From an uncultured Planctomycetaceae bacterium (GTDB lineage Bacteria > Planctomycetota > Planctomycetia > Planctomycetales > Planctomycetaceae), in the NCBI GenBank assembly GCA_963815195.1, contig CAWFGE010000022.1, forward strand, positions 288,001-352,000: a stretch of DNA of 64,000 bases, written 5' to 3'. Of this stretch, positions 38,665 through 49,080 are shown piece after piece. The notes beneath the pieces were generated by a model. It was not told where the DNA came from, did not search any database, and saw only the letters and a list, made by a program, of their open reading frames with translations. Every line of letters begins with the position of its first letter. Positions within the stretch are counted from its first letter, which is position 1. The position numbers were made by a program, and so were the translations under genes.

Positions 38665-40619
38665 CGTGGGACTTTTGCCCCGGCGTTTTCGCGGCGACGG
38701 GATCGAACATGGCGCTCGTCACGTTCCTGGTTTACACGGCGGCGGTGTTCGGCGTGGCCGTGCTCTCGAACCGCCTCTTGCAGAAGAAAGCGTTCTTGAG
38801 CGAATACTTCCTCGGCAGCCGCAGCCTGGGCGTATGGGCGTTCGCTTTGACCTTCGCCGCGACCAGCGCTTCGGGCGGCAGCTTTACCGGGTTCCCGTCC
38901 AAGATCTACACCCACGGCTGGGTCCTCGCGCTTTGGATCGGTTCTTACATGGTCGTGCCGATCTGCACGATGGGTCTCTTGGGCAAACGCCTGAACCAGG
39001 TGGCCCGCATCTCCGGTTCGATCACCGTGCCCGACGTGATCCGCGACCGCTTTCACAACCGGCTGATCGGATTGATCGCGGTGTCGCTGATCGTGTTCTT
39101 CATGTCCTTCAACCTCGTGGCCCAATTCAAGGCCGGCAGCCTGATCCTGCAAACCCTTCTGGATGATGTGGGGGTGTTTAAACAGTCGGCCCTCTGGCTG
39201 GGCAGCGTCAAAAAGGACGTGGCGTTTTTGAGTCTCAACGATGTGAACTCGCAATACCTTCTGTGCCTGTTAGGGTTCGGCATCTCGGTTGTGGTCTACA
39301 CCACCTACGGCGGATTTCACGCGGTGGTCTGGACCGACGTGATGCAGGGGATCGTGATGCTGATCGGCGTTTTGATTCTTTTGCCGCTCGCGCTCACCCA
39401 AGTGGGGGGCCTGGAACACGCCACCCGCGAGATGGCCAAAATGACGCCGCCCATTTCCCGCAAGATGTCGGTCGACATGACGACGGTTTCCGAAGAGCCG
39501 CGGGTGCTCGCCCGCGAAGACTGGCTGCGGCTCGACGATGCCAAGACAGGCAAAACCCGGTTGTTCCGCGTCGCCGATCGCGTGCGGATTCCCCAAGGCG
39601 CGACCGCCCCGGATGAGCCGATTGAAGTCCTGGAAATCACCACGCCCTCGGAGATCACACGCTTTTTGGAGAACGAAGAGCATTCCGCGAAAATCCGCGA
39701 GGACGTGCGGATCCTCCACGTCCCGAGCGGGACTCCAAAGGAAGGCTACGGCTGGAACCAGCCGGGCGTTTATTTGACCGGTCCCGGTCCCGAACCGAAA
39801 AAAACCAGCGGGTTTCTGCCCTTGAGCCTCGCGATTTCGTTCTTCTTCATGTGGGCGATTTCCGGGGCGGGCCAGCCGAGCAACATGGTCCGGCTGATGG
39901 CCTTCAACAGCTCGCGCACACTCCGGCGGTCGATTTTTACCGTGGCGATTTACTATTCGCTGATCTACTTTCCGCTGGTGATCATCTTTTGCTGCTCGCG
40001 CGTGCTCCTCCCGGGCATGGAAGTCGAATCGGACCGCATCATGCCGGCGATGGCGGTGTTTTTGACGCACCACGCGGGCGTCGCCTGGCTCGCGGGGCTG
40101 TTGATTGCCGCCCCGTTTGCCGCGGTGATGTCCACGGTCGACAGCTTTTTGCTGATGATCTCCTCCGCCCTGGTGCGGGACATCTACCAGCGAAATCTCA
40201 ACCCCGAAGCCGAAGAGCGGACCATCAAACGCCTGAGCTATCTCTTCACGTTGCTCGTGGGGACGGCGGCCCTCCTCGGCGCGATCAATCCTCCGCAGTT
40301 CCTGCAGGACATCATCGTTTACACGGGCAGCGGCCTGGCGGCGTGTTTTCTGGCTCCGATGGTTTATGCACTCTACTGGCCGAGGATCAACACTTTCGGA
40401 GCGACCGCCGCGATGCTTGCGGGCTTTGCGGCCCATCTTTCCATGTATATTCTGGGCTGGTCCCTCCACCACGACTTCTTCCGGCCGTACCAATTGTTCA
40501 ACATGGATCCGATTCTCGTCGGCCTGTTTACTTCGTTCGTGACCGGTTACATCGTCACCAAACTCACGCCCCCGCCGCCGGAGGCTTTGGTCCGAAAATA
40601 CTTCGGCCGCGCCGCTTGA
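38661..40619 (+). CDS. Sodium:solute symporter (PanF-like) with a large loop insertion
   Basis: EYFLGSRSLG, SASGGSFTGFP, YTTYGGFHAVVWTDVMQG, AAVMSTVDSFLL; start may be ATG 38709. Confidence 0.9.
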   Translation: MTWDFCPGVFAATGSNMALVTFLVYTAAVFGVAVLSNRLLQKKAFLSEYFLGSRSLGVWAFALTFAATSASGGSFTGFPSKIYTHGWVLALWIGSYMVVPICTMGLLGKRLNQVARISGSITVPDVIRDRFHNRLIGLIAVSLIVFFMSFNLVAQFKAGSLILQTLLDDVGVFKQSALWLGSVKKDVAFLSLNDVNSQYLLCLLGFGISVVVYTTYGGFHAVVWTDVMQGIVMLIGVLILLPLALTQVGGLEHATREMAKMTPPISRKMSVDMTTVSEEPRVLAREDWLRLDDAKTGKTRLFRVADRVRIPQGATAPDEPIEVLEITTPSEITRFLENEEHSAKIREDVRILHVPSGTPKEGYGWNQPGVYLTGPGPEPKKTSGFLPLSLAISFFFMWAISGAGQPSNMVRLMAFNSSRTLRRSIFTVAIYYSLIYFPLVIIFCCSRVLLPGMEVESDRIMPAMAVFLTHHAGVAWLAGLLIAAPFAAVMSTVDSFLLMISSALVRDIYQRNLNPEAEERTIKRLSYLFTLLVGTAALLGAINPPQFLQDIIVYTGSGLAACFLAPMVYALYWPRINTFGATAAMLAGFAAHLSMYILGWSLHHDFFRPYQLFNMDPILVGLFTSFVTGYIVTKLTPPPPEALVRKYFGRAA

Positions 40620-40646
40620 GGAACGATTATCAATGGGGCTGAATTC

Positions 40647-40851
40647 TTCATTAGCCGCAGGGCGCTAGCCCCGGTTTCGTCTTTGGTTGTCGAAAAGGAG
40701 AACTCAACCGGACGCTAGCGCATCACCGCTCGCTCTGGACCTGGGGAGGTTTGAAGAGAATAATTACCATTCATTGAAGCAACGATCGTTCGAAATGCGC
40801 TGGCGTGCGGTTGCCTCCAGAAACCGGGGCTAGCGCCCTGCGGCTAATGAA
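40647..40851. repeat. REP-like family D: perfect 32-bp inverted repeats enclosing ~140 bp
   Basis: TTCATTAGCCGCAGGGCGCTAGCCCCGGTTTC (40647-40678) and its reverse complement (40820-40851). Confidence 0.9.
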
Positions 40852-40930
40852 TTGAATGTGATGCCCCTGACGAGGCTCGGCTCGCCAGAGAGCTTTAACA
40901 TCAAACATTAAACTTGAAACGCGAAACTTC

Positions 40931-42829
40931 ATGCCCGCCGATTGGTCAAAAACGATCCCTTTCAAAGTCGATATTGCGGGGATCATTGAAATCATGGGGG
41001 CCTCGCTTTACAGCCGGCCCGATACGCCCATCCGCGAACTCGTGCAGAACGCGCACGACGGCATCATGCGCCGCCGGCAAGCGGATTTGCAGTACACGGG
41101 CCGGATCGACATCCGCCAGAACGCGGACGAGAAATCGATCAGCTTCACCGACGACGGCGTGGGTTTGAACGCGGAAGAAGCCGAGACGTATTTGGGCACG
41201 CTGGGCATCGGGATTACGGGGCTCATCAAGAAAAAATCGCCGGTGATCTCCGACCGCTCGGCCGATGCGGGGATGTTGATCGGGCAGTTCGGGATCGGTC
41301 TGTTTAGCGCGTTCATGCTCGCCGACCGCATGGTTGTGGAGACCCGGCGGGTCCATACCCCGGAGGATGCGGGCGTCCGCTGGGAAGCCGGTCCGGGCAC
41401 CGACATTCATCTGGCCGGCTGCGTCCGCCCGCAGCCCGGCACCACGGTGACCTTGTTCCTCAAAGAGGACTATGCCGCGTTCGCCACGAACGAAAGCCTC
41501 CTGGAAGAAGCCGTCCGCGAGTATGCGGATTTCCTGCCAGTGCCGATTTTTTTGAACGATGCCCACCCGGAAGAACCCGAGACCGAAGGCCGCAGCAAGC
41601 CGCGGGTGAACGTGATCAACGTCGCCTGGTTCGATCCCACGCCGGACGATGAAGCGGTGGAGATGGCGCTCGAGGAATACTTCGAAGAGGCCCCGCTGGA
41701 TGTGATCCCGGTGCGGATGGAGCATCCCGTCTCGATCGCCGGGGCGCTTTATATCACGCCCCGCCGGGTGCCGGGCTTTTCGGACGAGGCGACCGTCGCG
41801 GTCACGGTCCGGCGGATGGTGATCTCGCGGAAGATCCAAGGCCTGCTTCCCGAATGGGCGTCGTTCCTGCGGGGGGTCTTGGAACTCAACGACAATTCGC
41901 CGACCGCCAGCCGGGAGGATCTGGTGCGGGACGAGAAGTTTCATCTCGTCCGGCACGTTCTGGAAAACCTGCTGTTCGAGCATCTGGAGCAGCTCGCCGA
42001 ATCGGACATGCCCCGGCTCCAGGCGATGATCACCTGGCACCGCTACACGTTGGCGGGGGCGGCGCTCACCGTGCCGCGGTTGCGGGAGTTATTGAGGGAA
42101 ACCTATCGCTTTCCCACGTCGCAGGGGCAGTTGACGTTCGAGGAAATCCTCGCCCAAAGCCCGGCCGATCCGTTGTTCGAGACCGAAGCCGAGTACGTCA
42201 TCTGGTACAACACCGACCGCCGGCAGGAGCATTGGGCGAACACGCTGTTCGCCGGCCACGAAAACCCCTGCGTGCATACGCTGATGAGCTTCGAGGAATC
42301 TCTGCTGACTGCGATGGCTTCGGATTTGAATGCCGAGGGCGCTGCGATCGATCTTAGGATCGCCAGTCCCGGGGTGCCGGGCTTTGCCGAGTGCATTTTG
42401 GGCATCCACGACATCGAGCCGGCCCCGGACGATTGGCAGAGCTTCTTCGAGTCCACCGGGGCCAAGGTGTTTTGCGCGACGTTCCAGACCGATCAGCCGG
42501 TGATGGCCTTTTTGAACGAACGCCGGGAGTTGCTCCGCACGTTCGAGGCGCTCAAAAAGGAAGGCACGATCCCCGCGGGTTTTCAACGGATGATCGACGC
42601 CCACCTCTCCAGCGACGCCCCGGATGCGAACGAAGTGCTCCTGAATCGAAACCACCGCCTGGTCTCGCGGGCGCTGTCCAAATCGACTTCGCATCCCCTG
42701 GCCAGCGTGCTCCGGCTGTTGGTTCTGGGCGCGCTCAATTCGGCCGGGGCCACCGTGGACCGTCCGGCTCATCAGCAACAGGCCGACGACCTCGACTGGA
42801 TTGCCGAAGCCCTGTGGGGCCGCGACTGA
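40931..42829 (+). CDS. HSP90-family (HtpG-like) GHKL ATPase
   Basis: SLYSRPDTPIRELVQNAHDG, DDGVGL, IGQFGIGLFSAFMLAD, GTTVTL, LLPEWASFLRGV, PTASRE. Confidence 0.9.
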   Translation: MPADWSKTIPFKVDIAGIIEIMGASLYSRPDTPIRELVQNAHDGIMRRRQADLQYTGRIDIRQNADEKSISFTDDGVGLNAEEAETYLGTLGIGITGLIKKKSPVISDRSADAGMLIGQFGIGLFSAFMLADRMVVETRRVHTPEDAGVRWEAGPGTDIHLAGCVRPQPGTTVTLFLKEDYAAFATNESLLEEAVREYADFLPVPIFLNDAHPEEPETEGRSKPRVNVINVAWFDPTPDDEAVEMALEEYFEEAPLDVIPVRMEHPVSIAGALYITPRRVPGFSDEATVAVTVRRMVISRKIQGLLPEWASFLRGVLELNDNSPTASREDLVRDEKFHLVRHVLENLLFEHLEQLAESDMPRLQAMITWHRYTLAGAALTVPRLRELLRETYRFPTSQGQLTFEEILAQSPADPLFETEAEYVIWYNTDRRQEHWANTLFAGHENPCVHTLMSFEESLLTAMASDLNAEGAAIDLRIASPGVPGFAECILGIHDIEPAPDDWQSFFESTGAKVFCATFQTDQPVMAFLNERRELLRTFEALKKEGTIPAGFQRMIDAHLSSDAPDANEVLLNRNHRLVSRALSKSTSHPLASVLRLLVLGALNSAGATVDRPAHQQQADDLDWIAEALWGRD

Positions 42830-42978
42830 CACTCGGCCGCGCTTTCCGCGGATGGGGGGATGTAGAGTTGTGATTTCACGGGGGCCTGACTAAACTGTGG
42901 CCTTTCCCGCCTCTTTGCGATCAGGGTTCGCGCCGAGGGCGTGGATTTTCGTGACATGGTTTCCTTGAGACGATTGAG

Positions 42979-43530
42979 ATGACGACCCCGATGCGACATG
43001 TGCTGTCCGCGCTGGTGATGAACCAGCCGGGCGTCTTGGCCCACATTTCCGGAATGCTCGCGTCCCGGGCCTTCAACATCGACAGCCTTGCCGTCGGCGA
43101 GACGGAAATCCCGGCGTTTTCCCGGATGACGTTCGTCGTCCGCGGCGACGACCGCGTGCTCGACCAGGTCCGCAAACAACTCGAAAAAATCGTCACGGTC
43201 GTCAAAGTGCTTGACTATTCCGGCGAGGATTTCGTCGAGCGCGATCTCATGCTCATCAAAGTCAGCACGAAAAACCACAAACGCAGCGAAATCAAGGAAC
43301 TGGTCGATATATTCCGCGGCCGGATTGTGGATGTCAGCCCGGAGCACGTGATGATCGAAATCTCCGGCCCGGAAAAGAAGATCGAGGCGTTTATCGATTT
43401 GATGCGGCCGTTTGGGATCCTGGAAATGGTCCGCACCGGCCGGATTGCCATGCTCAGGGGCGAATCGATGAGCCGGGATCTACCGGAGCATCCCGAGAAC
43501 CGCACCGAACCCGCGGAAGCCGGCAGCTAA
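42979..43530 (+). CDS. ilvN: Acetolactate synthase small (regulatory) subunit
   Basis: NQPGVLAHISGMLASRAFNIDSLAVG, VERDLMLIKV, GILEMVRTG. Confidence 0.95.
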   Translation: MTTPMRHVLSALVMNQPGVLAHISGMLASRAFNIDSLAVGETEIPAFSRMTFVVRGDDRVLDQVRKQLEKIVTVVKVLDYSGEDFVERDLMLIKVSTKNHKRSEIKELVDIFRGRIVDVSPEHVMIEISGPEKKIEAFIDLMRPFGILEMVRTGRIAMLRGESMSRDLPEHPENRTEPAEAGS

Positions 43531-43584
43531 ACGAAGCTTACCGATTGAAACTTAACCGCAAACCCTTTTTCAAAAGACGAAACC

Positions 43585-44589
43585 ATGGCCGCGAAGATTT
43601 ATTACGACGACGACGCCGATCTGTCACTTCTGAAAAACAAGACCATTGCCATCATCGGCTACGGAAGCCAAGGGCATGCCCAGGCCCAGAACCTGCGGGA
43701 CAGCGGGTGTAAGGTGATCGTCGGCCAGCGGAAAGGCAGTGCGAATTACGACCTGGCGGTGAGCCACGGCTTCGATCCCCTGCCCGCCGCCGAAGCCGCC
43801 GCCACCGGGGACATGGTGAACGTCCTGCTGCCGGACGAAGTCCAGGGCGATGTTTACCGCAATGATATTCGCGATCAATTGAAGCCCGGCAACTTGCTCA
43901 TGTGCTCGCACGGGTTCAACATCCATTTCGGCCAGGTGATCCCGCCCAAAGGCGTCGATGCAGCGCTCGTCGCTCCCAAGGGACCGGGGCATCTCGTCCG
44001 CAGCGAATACGTCAAAGGCGGCGGCGTGCCTTCCTTGATCGCGATGGGCGAAGGGGCCTCCGACGAAAGCCGGCAGTTGGCGCTCGCGTATGCCAAGGGC
44101 ATCGGCGGCACGCGGGGCGGCGTGATCGAAACCAGCTTCGCCGAGGAAACCGAGACCGACCTGTTCGGCGAGCAGGTCGTGCTCTGCGGCGGCGTGAGCG
44201 CCCTCGTCAAAGCCGCGTTCGAAACGCTCGTCGAAGCCGGCTACCAGCCGGAGATGGCCTACTTCGAGTGCATGCACGAACTCAAGCTGATCGTGGACTT
44301 GTTCTATCAAGGCGGCCTCAACTACATGCGGTACAGCGTGTCCAACACCGCCGAGTTCGGCGATTACACCCGCGGGCCGCGGATCATCACCGAGGAAACC
44401 AAGCAGGAAATGCGGAAAATCCTCGACGAAATCCAGCGCGGCGAGTTCGCCAAGGAATGGATTCTGGAAAACAAAGCCAACCAGCCCACCTTCCAGGCCA
44501 CCCGCCGCCGGGACCGCAATCATCTCATCGAGAAAGTCGGCCGCGAACTCCGCAGCATGATGACCTGGATCGACGCGAAAGAGGTGTAG
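43585..44589 (+). CDS. ilvC: Ketol-acid reductoisomerase
   Basis: [60 protein letters not shown]. Confidence 0.98.
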   Translation: MAAKIYYDDDADLSLLKNKTIAIIGYGSQGHAQAQNLRDSGCKVIVGQRKGSANYDLAVSHGFDPLPAAEAAATGDMVNVLLPDEVQGDVYRNDIRDQLKPGNLLMCSHGFNIHFGQVIPPKGVDAALVAPKGPGHLVRSEYVKGGGVPSLIAMGEGASDESRQLALAYAKGIGGTRGGVIETSFAEETETDLFGEQVVLCGGVSALVKAAFETLVEAGYQPEMAYFECMHELKLIVDLFYQGGLNYMRYSVSNTAEFGDYTRGPRIITEETKQEMRKILDEIQRGEFAKEWILENKANQPTFQATRRRDRNHLIEKVGRELRSMMTWIDAKEV

Positions 44590-44607
44590 ACCACGCTTGC
44601 CCCATGG

Positions 44608-44633
44608 AAAGGCCGGCGTCGCCGGCCTTTTTT
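44608..44633 (+). terminator. Intrinsic terminator after ilvC
   Basis: AAAGGCCGGC-gtc-GCCGGCCTTTTTT. Confidence 0.85.
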
Positions 44634-44732
44634 CATTCACGAACGGCGCGATCCGCCGCCGGGACAACGCCGTGCAGGTCGAGACACAGATGTGACACGG
44701 GAATCGGTCAGGAATTCGAACGGCGGCCGTGG

Positions 44733-46004
44733 TTAGAGAAGTTCCGAGATCACTTTCACCGGCTTGCTGGTATCGACAAGGGCAATCGGCCGATCGACGC
44801 CGGGGGCGCGGTTTTGGCGAGTGGAATCGATCCCCAAAACCGTGCAGAGGCTGCCCAGGAAATCGACGACACTGACGGGCCGCTCCAGAACCTCCTCGGC
44901 GTTCTGGTCGGTGCGGCCGATGACCTGGCCGCTTTGAATCCCGCCGCCGATGAGCACGCTGCTCCAAGCGCGGGCCCAGTGATTGCGTCCGCCGCCGCTG
45001 GTGATCTGCGGACTGCGGCCGAACTCGCCCATCCAGATGATCAGAGTGGAATCCAATCGTCCGCGCTCTTTGAGATCCTCGATGAGAGCCGCCATGCCGA
45101 CGTCGGCTTCGCTCGACAAGGCGCGGGTGCGGGGGAAGTTGTCGCGGTGCGTGTCCCAGCCGACGCCGTCGCCCATCATGACTTCGACGAACCGGACACC
45201 CGTCTCGACGAGTCGCCGGGCCATGAGACAGCCTTGCCCGAAACTTCCCCGTCCGTACCGATCGCGGACCGCACCCGGTTCCCGCGAAAGATCAAAGGCC
45301 ACTTTTTGCTGCGAGTTCATCAGCCGGACCGCCCGATCCAGCGTGGCACGGTGCGCTTGAGCCGGCGCCACAGGATGGCTTTCCTGAAACGCATCGTCGA
45401 ACCGGCGAAGCAATGCGTATTGCCGCTCGAACTCTTTCTGGCTGGCCAACGGGTCGAGGAAGTCGGTTCCGCGATCGGGACTGGTGACATCCAGAGGCTG
45501 ATGATCCGGCCCGAAGAATCCCGAGCCCATCGCGTGACGGGGACCGCCGCCGATGCAAACGAAATTCGGCAGCGGAAAATCCCGCTGGCCCAACTCGCGG
45601 GAGACGATCGCGCCCAGGCTGGGATACGCCACGCCGCCGGCTCGCTTCTGGTAACCGGTGTGAACGTGGTACGTGGCGAGTTGGTGGTCCGATTCGACGG
45701 TGCTCATGCCGCGTAGCAGGGCGGCATGCTTCATCAGCCTGGCGAATTTCGGGAAGTGCTCGCTGATTTGAATGCCGGCGACGGCCGTGTCAATCGGCTG
45801 AAACTCTCCGCGGATGCGATCCGAGGCGTCCGGTTTGAGATCGAAGGTGTCGAGATGGCTCGGTCCACCCGCCATCCACAGCAGGATGCAGGACTTCGCC
45901 GTCGATTGCTCCGCGGCATGGGCTGCGAGCCTCCCGAACCAGCCGCCGAGCGCACTGCCCGCTCCGAGTGATAAAATCTGCCGGCGTGTGAGACTTTCAA
46001 GCAT
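44733..46004 (-). CDS. DUF1501 family protein (Tat signal)
   Basis: TRRQIL, CILLWMAGGPSHLDTFDLKP, FGQGCLMARRLVETGVRFVEV, GEFGRSP, GGRNHW. Confidence 0.93.
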   Translation of the reverse strand: MLESLTRRQILSLGAGSALGGWFGRLAAHAAEQSTAKSCILLWMAGGPSHLDTFDLKPDASDRIRGEFQPIDTAVAGIQISEHFPKFARLMKHAALLRGMSTVESDHQLATYHVHTGYQKRAGGVAYPSLGAIVSRELGQRDFPLPNFVCIGGGPRHAMGSGFFGPDHQPLDVTSPDRGTDFLDPLASQKEFERQYALLRRFDDAFQESHPVAPAQAHRATLDRAVRLMNSQQKVAFDLSREPGAVRDRYGRGSFGQGCLMARRLVETGVRFVEVMMGDGVGWDTHRDNFPRTRALSSEADVGMAALIEDLKERGRLDSTLIIWMGEFGRSPQITSGGGRNHWARAWSSVLIGGGIQSGQVIGRTDQNAEEVLERPVSVVDFLGSLCTVLGIDSTRQNRAPGVDRPIALVDTSKPVKVISELL

Positions 46005-46015
46005 TGCCTTTCTCC

Positions 46016-47551
46016 TCAATGGTTCAACAGGAACTCGCTGCTCATCAACAAGGCCCAGGCCAGTTCTCGGTAGGCGGTTTCGGACGATCCCGCATCCTGC
46101 AGATGCTCCTGGGCCAGTTGCTGCTCTTTGGGCGTAGGTCGCCGGGCGAAGATCGTCAGAAACAACGCTTCGACTGTCTTATCGGCCGTGGGTGTCGAGC
46201 CGGCAATCCGCGAAACCATCGCTTGAAGATTGCGTCCCGCGAATTGCGGCGAGTTCATCAACCGCAACGCGTGAGGAATGCCGCGCTCATAGCGGGTGGG
46301 ATCGGCGTCGCCGTCGCTCGCAAAAAATTGGCAGAACTCATGCCGGACCCCGAGCCGAGTGTTGATCCCTCGCGTCTTTCCCGGCGGCCCCAAAATCGTC
46401 TCCAGCGAATCGTACAATTGCTCGGGTGTGAGGACCTTGACCTGCATCCTCGCGAACAACTTTGCTTCTTCATCAGGCTTTTCTCCAGGCCGGCTCGCTT
46501 GCTGATAGCTGCGGCTGTTGAGGATCGCCCGGCAGAGGAGTTTCAGATCGAAGCGGGACTCCGCGAACCGCTGGCTCAACAGCTCGAGCAGTTCCGGATG
46601 GGACGGGGGATTGCCTGTGTGCATGTCGTCCACCGGGTTGACGATGCCCCGGCCGAAGAAGTGCCACCACATGCGGTTGACCATCGCCCGGGCAAAATAG
46701 GGATTCTCCGGCGAGGTCGCCCAGCGGGCCAAGGCGGTTCGTCGCGGTGTGCCCGCCTGGTCTTCCCACGCTTTGCCGCCCAGAAACGTCGGCGGCTGGG
46801 ATTGAAAGCCTTCCAGCATGTCGGTCTCATTGAGCGCGGCCAGGGAAATGTTCGGATCGTCCTTCACTCCGAACCGGTAAACCGTCTTCGGCCGGCCTGG
46901 CGTTTGGATTTCGGTAAAGAACGCCGCCATGCCCCAATAGTCCCGCTGCTTCCATTCCACAAACGGATGGTCGTGGCATTGGGTGCAATTCAGCCGGATT
47001 CCCAGAAAGTAACGCGAACTGAGATCGGTCAAGTCCGTGATGCTCAGCGGGTAGCGACCTTCAATCAAGTACGTCACTTCCGGATTTTCGTCCAGCTTTC
47101 CAGCGGCCGTCATCAGATCAAACACGGTCCGGTCCCAACCGTCGTTTTTGTTGAAGCGCTCGGACAGCCAGCCGGCGAAGCGTTCCGTCTGCATCCGCTG
47201 CTCATTGGCCAGCGGAGAAATCAGATAACCCTGCCAGATGTCGCCGAAATGCTCGCCAAACCGCGGACTCGCCAAGAGTTCCTCGATCAATTGGCTGCGC
47301 TTGTCGGGATCGCGGCTCTCGAGAAAGCGAACGGTGCGCTCCGCCGACGGGACAACGCCGTGCAGATCGAGACAAACCCGCCGCAAGAACGTCGCCTCGT
47401 CCGCCGCGGGAAGCCGCTGCACTTTCTCGCGGTCAAGACGCGTTTGGATCTGGCGGTCGATCAACTCCGAGAGCGGCTCGGGAGGATCCGCCAAAAGGGA
47501 ATTCATGGATAAGCAATTCAGCAGGACCGCGGCGACCAGTGTCCGAGACAT
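46016..47551 (-). CDS. DUF1549/DUF1553 (PSCyt2/PSD1) domain protein
   Basis: FLRRVCLDLHG, FLGIRLNCTQCHDHP, NPYFARAMVNRMW, PSHPELL, WALLMSSEFLLNH. Confidence 0.93.
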   Translation of the reverse strand: MSRTLVAAVLLNCLSMNSLLADPPEPLSELIDRQIQTRLDREKVQRLPAADEATFLRRVCLDLHGVVPSAERTVRFLESRDPDKRSQLIEELLASPRFGEHFGDIWQGYLISPLANEQRMQTERFAGWLSERFNKNDGWDRTVFDLMTAAGKLDENPEVTYLIEGRYPLSITDLTDLSSRYFLGIRLNCTQCHDHPFVEWKQRDYWGMAAFFTEIQTPGRPKTVYRFGVKDDPNISLAALNETDMLEGFQSQPPTFLGGKAWEDQAGTPRRTALARWATSPENPYFARAMVNRMWWHFFGRGIVNPVDDMHTGNPPSHPELLELLSQRFAESRFDLKLLCRAILNSRSYQQASRPGEKPDEEAKLFARMQVKVLTPEQLYDSLETILGPPGKTRGINTRLGVRHEFCQFFASDGDADPTRYERGIPHALRLMNSPQFAGRNLQAMVSRIAGSTPTADKTVEALFLTIFARRPTPKEQQLAQEHLQDAGSSETAYRELAWALLMSSEFLLNH

Positions 47552-47722
47552 TTTTGCTCCTCCAAGAATCGTATCAAAGCGCACTGATTCTACACGGCCC
47601 GGGAACTTTGCAACAGCCAAGCCCATGCCGGCTGTCCGCTTCTCAAAGGCCGGCGGCTAGCGCCCAGCCGCTCATTCAAAGATGGGCGGTTAGCGCGGTG
47701 CGGCGCGCTTTTGCAAAGGCTG

Positions 47723-48475
47723 TCACGCGGCTGGACCGGCATCGGCGGCGAGGAGTGGTTTGAGCGACTTCTTGCTGTGCCATTCGTGCTCGATGCCCAG
47801 CATCAACAGGGCGCAGTCAAATTCCACCGAGCCTTGGGGAAACAGGTTGGGGTTCTCAAAGAAGCTCGACTCGACCCGCTCAATTTCCAGCGGGTGAACC
47901 TTCCAGCCGAACGAGCGAAGCTCCAGGCCGTCGTACTCGTCCCGTTGGGCCGTGTCCGAATAGCCCAGAGAGCCGGCTTCAAAAAAATCCGAAGCCTCTT
48001 CGAGGCACCGAAACACAGAGCCGGCCGGCAGTTCCGGAGCCATCGACCCCGCGACCGCCAGGTGCGTTTCGCCGTCGTCGCTGTCGAGAATCACGCGGTA
48101 ATGCCCTTCCCGCTCCTCGACTTGGAACCGGGCGTGATGATGCACGCCGGGAAACAACCGCCCGCCCGCGAGCGCGTTCCAGCGCGACGAGGTATCCCGC
48201 CGGGGAATGTAAACCCCCTGGTGCACCTCGCCGTCCTCGTCCCATTCGACCGCCATGCGATGGGCGGCGTTTTCGGATGCGAGGCCCAGTAACCCCGGCA
48301 GAAACCGGGGCCGGATGCTTTTCAGGCGAATCAGGCAAATGCCCGCCATGCCCGCGCCGTGAATTACGTGGGGCCGAAACGGCGGCGGCAGCACCTTGGC
48401 CAACACGTCGGCGTCGACGCGATAGTTGACCAGAATCCGCCGGTCGATAATGCCTCGAATAATCGGAATTCGCAT
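47723..48475 (-). CDS. DUF2071 (YqjF-like) family protein
   Basis: IDRRILVNYRVD, SENAAHRMAVEW, GVYIPRRDTSS, GGRLFPGVH. Confidence 0.8.
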   Translation of the reverse strand: MRIPIIRGIIDRRILVNYRVDADVLAKVLPPPFRPHVIHGAGMAGICLIRLKSIRPRFLPGLLGLASENAAHRMAVEWDEDGEVHQGVYIPRRDTSSRWNALAGGRLFPGVHHHARFQVEEREGHYRVILDSDDGETHLAVAGSMAPELPAGSVFRCLEEASDFFEAGSLGYSDTAQRDEYDGLELRSFGWKVHPLEIERVESSFFENPNLFPQGSVEFDCALLMLGIEHEWHSKKSLKPLLAADAGPAA

Positions 48476-48775
48476 GGTTCTTTCTCCAGTGCCGGGAGAG
48501 AACCGCAGACGCTGTGGAGGATTAACCTGAACGGGACAGGTTTGAGAAATCGCGCGGCATCAAACTCCACAATAAAAAACTATCCATTGTGTTCCCGCAT
48601 TGCAACAGCTTGGATTCAAGACGAGCGGCTTCGTGCCCCAGGCTTTTTTTGCAACCCGACACGGCTTTGCAGGTATCGTGAATTCCCCCTAAAACGCTTG
48701 AAATGATGGGGGATTTCCGCAACCCCGAACCGAACCTAAAGTTTCGACAAATTTTAAAAAAAACCAAAATCCGGC

Positions 48776-48804
48776 TTGAAGGGCTGTTGATGGATGGTCA
48801 TACT
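48776..48804 (+). promoter_or_regulatory. Candidate sigma70 promoter giving a ~270-nt leader before the DUF1559 gene
   Basis: TTGAAG-17 nt-CATACT with an A-rich tract upstream. Confidence 0.5.
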
Positions 48805-49080
48805 GACCTTCAGAGATGGATGTGAATCATCACCCCAAGGGAATGGCGATTCACGATCTCACCCTTTCTCAACTCGGTTCTCATGCTGGCGGATCCCAAA
48901 GTGGTGGTTCGCCCGATCGCTTTTCAAATCACACCTCGATGTGTTTGGTCCGTCCACTTTGCCGGATGTTTTGACCAGCGAGTTTGATTCCGGTGTGGGA
49001 AGGCGCTCCGGCGTATTCCTCCCGCCTTCAAACACATCCCCTGAATCTCTTTTTCCATGTCACATAAATGGAGGCACCGG

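Noticed and set aside
42979..44589. ilvN-ilvC without ilvB
   Set aside because: Split ilv operons are common; not evidence of novelty.
43902..45716. Long alternative ORFs (e.g. 43902..45716, 46004..47512, 50752..52080, 532..1707)
   Set aside because: Shadow frames of well-supported genes in high-GC DNA.
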